Below are positions 62,476 through 64,000 of a stretch of 64,000 bases of DNA, in pieces. A program made the translations under genes and the position numbers. This DNA comes from Zootoca vivipara (taxonomy: Eukaryota), in NCBI RefSeq assembly GCF_963506605.1, contig NC_083280.1:51026001-51090000 (forward strand), in the 5' to 3' direction. The first letter of the stretch is position 1; the number at the start of each line of letters is the position of its first letter. The notes below the pieces were generated by a model. It was not told where the DNA came from and did no database searches. It worked only from the letters and a program-made list of their open reading frames with translations.

Positions 62476-62627
62476 ATCACAGAATCACAGACTTGTAGAG
62501 TTGGAAGTGACCATGAGGATCATCTAGTCCAACCCCCTGCAATGCAGGAATCTTTCACCCAACCTGGGACTCAAACTCACAACCCTGAGATTAAGAGCTT
62601 CACGTTCTACCAACTGAGCTATCCCCT
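62476..62627 (-). mobile_element. SINE with a tRNA-Lys(CTT)-derived head and a CR1 3' tail
   Basis: Minus strand gatagctcagttggtagaacgtgaagctCTTaatctcagggttgtgagtttgagtccc.., then gattcctgcattgcagggggttggactagatg..(attctgtg)n. Confidence 0.8.
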
Positions 62628-62779
62628 CCTGAGCTGTGTTGGGATAGCGTGCACTGCCTGAATATCCCCAAGCTTGTGCATGCACATCCTTGGTGTGTCT
62701 CAACTTGACTTGCACAGAGTATGAGTATGGTGTCATGTTTTCTTCTGAACTGACGCTCTGCAATCAAAGTACTACTATG

Positions 62780-63032
62780 AGAGCCAGTGTGGTGCAGTGG
62801 TTAAGAGCAGTAGACTCGTAATCAGGGGAACCGGGTTCGCATCTCCGCTCCTCCACATGCAGCTGCTGTGTGACCTTGGGCTAGTCACACTTCTCTGAAG
62901 TCTCTCAGCCCCACCCACCTCACAGGGTGTCTGTTGTGGGGGAGGAGGGGAAAGGAGAATGTTAGCCGCTTTGAGACTCCTTCGGGTAGTGATAAAGCGG
63001 GATATCAAATCCAAACTCTTCTTCTTCTTCTT
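62780..63032 (+). mobile_element. Young tRNA-derived squamate SINE (Squam3-like) with (CTT)n tail
   Basis: A box tggtgcagtgg, B box ggttcgcatct, gtgaccttgggctagtcac body, (ctt)n tail, TSD ctatg. Confidence 0.8.
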
Positions 63033-63219
63033 CTATGTGTGCTTTTAATGAAGCAAGAAAGAAAAAGCATGTAAGTAGTATGTTGGGTGTAGAGGAATTG
63101 GGGTTGTAATCACTTAAAGTTCCTGCTGTGGGTATATAAGTATTTGTGATGCCTATTTGTGAGGTGATACCCATAAGGCTTCTTGCTCCACTAACAATAG
63201 CCATAATCATAGCATAGTG

Positions 63220-63355
63220 CAGACACCCCCAAACTTCGGCCCTCTATATGTTTTGGACTACAATTCCCATCTTCCCCGACCACTGGTCCTGTTAGCTAGG
63301 GATCATGGGAGTTGTAGGCCAAAACATCTGGAGGGCCGCAGTTTGGGGATGCCTG
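63220..63355. mobile_element. 136-bp hairpin hAT MITE
   Basis: Same family as 45924-46059; TSD gcatagtg/gcataatg. Confidence 0.88.
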
Positions 63356-64000
63356 GCATAATGGGTTGTCCATGACTTATCTGTCGATTGTAAATGTTTT
63401 CTTTCATTCCACCCACCCTAGGAGATGATCCTGTGGTTGATAATGCAACGGGGGAAGTTTCCAGTTCTTACTACTTCCTCAAAGTAGACCCTTCTCTTCA
63501 GATCTTTCTATCACCTCTCAGTGCTGTTTTACATTTTAGACAAACAGCTAAATCAACAAATTCATCCAAGGAGTAGAACAAGAGCCTTTTAAATAGCTGG
63601 AATGGTTGCTAGGCTTCTGCTTTGTTGTTTGCCTTGCTTTTGGTCATATGCAAAGATGCATCTCTCCTGTGCTTCTGAGAAATAACATGCCACTAATTGC
63701 GGAGCAAACTTGCTACTACTCTCATTAATTCCTTCACAACTTAAAGAGAACAGAGCTATAGATAGCTGGTCTCCTAGCAACTGCTATGCAACCCTCTGTA
63801 TTTATAATACCCAGTAACAGGTAACCATGATAAATTATCTTCTGTTGCCTTGTGGTGATAAAGGAGGTCTCTGTGGATTTTTTCCCTTTACTCCTGTTCC
63901 TTGCATGCAATATGTTCTCACTTTTCCTACACCTCTTAAAATACTATATTGCCTCACAACTTATACTTCCTCACAGACCTACCTTCATTTTAATTCATGT

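Noticed and set aside
62553-62627. Functional tRNA-Lys(CTT) gene
   Set aside because: The acceptor stem and T-loop are degenerate (gtttgag) and it is fused to a CR1 tail, so it is a SINE.
62830-62850. TRUB1 target motif (GUUCNANNC) in a SINE inside TRUB1's own intron, suggesting autoregulation
   Set aside because: The B box reads gttcgcatc and lacks the required A; such SINEs are common genome-wide.

Overview
Vertebrate nuclear DNA from a squamate reptile; the repeat repertoire looks lacertid-like, which is an inference. The + strand carries the last 12 coding exons and 3' UTR of FHIP2A/FAM160B1 (2666-22680) and then exons 1-4 of TRUB1 (39450-61682). Introns and intergenic DNA hold many transposons: a young RTE-BovB copy with a rearranged 5' end, L2 and CR1 fragments, two solo LTRs of one family, hAT MITEs, tRNA-derived SINEs and a Penelope-like fragment with a decayed hammerhead core. 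The main object is an apparently intact, full-length CR1 LINE lying antisense in TRUB1 intron 3 (46633-52487). (1) Its 5' UTR is a tandem array of near-identical 305-bp units. Each unit ends in a cluster of promoter-type motifs and contains a 122-nt GT-AG intron. (2) Only the 5'-terminal unit has that intron precisely removed, and the insertion starts exactly at an initiator-like A. (3) ORF1 ends in a canonical U UUA AAC slippery heptamer whose -1 frame is the open ORF2 frame. All gene and family names come from recognising sequence and motifs, not from database searches.
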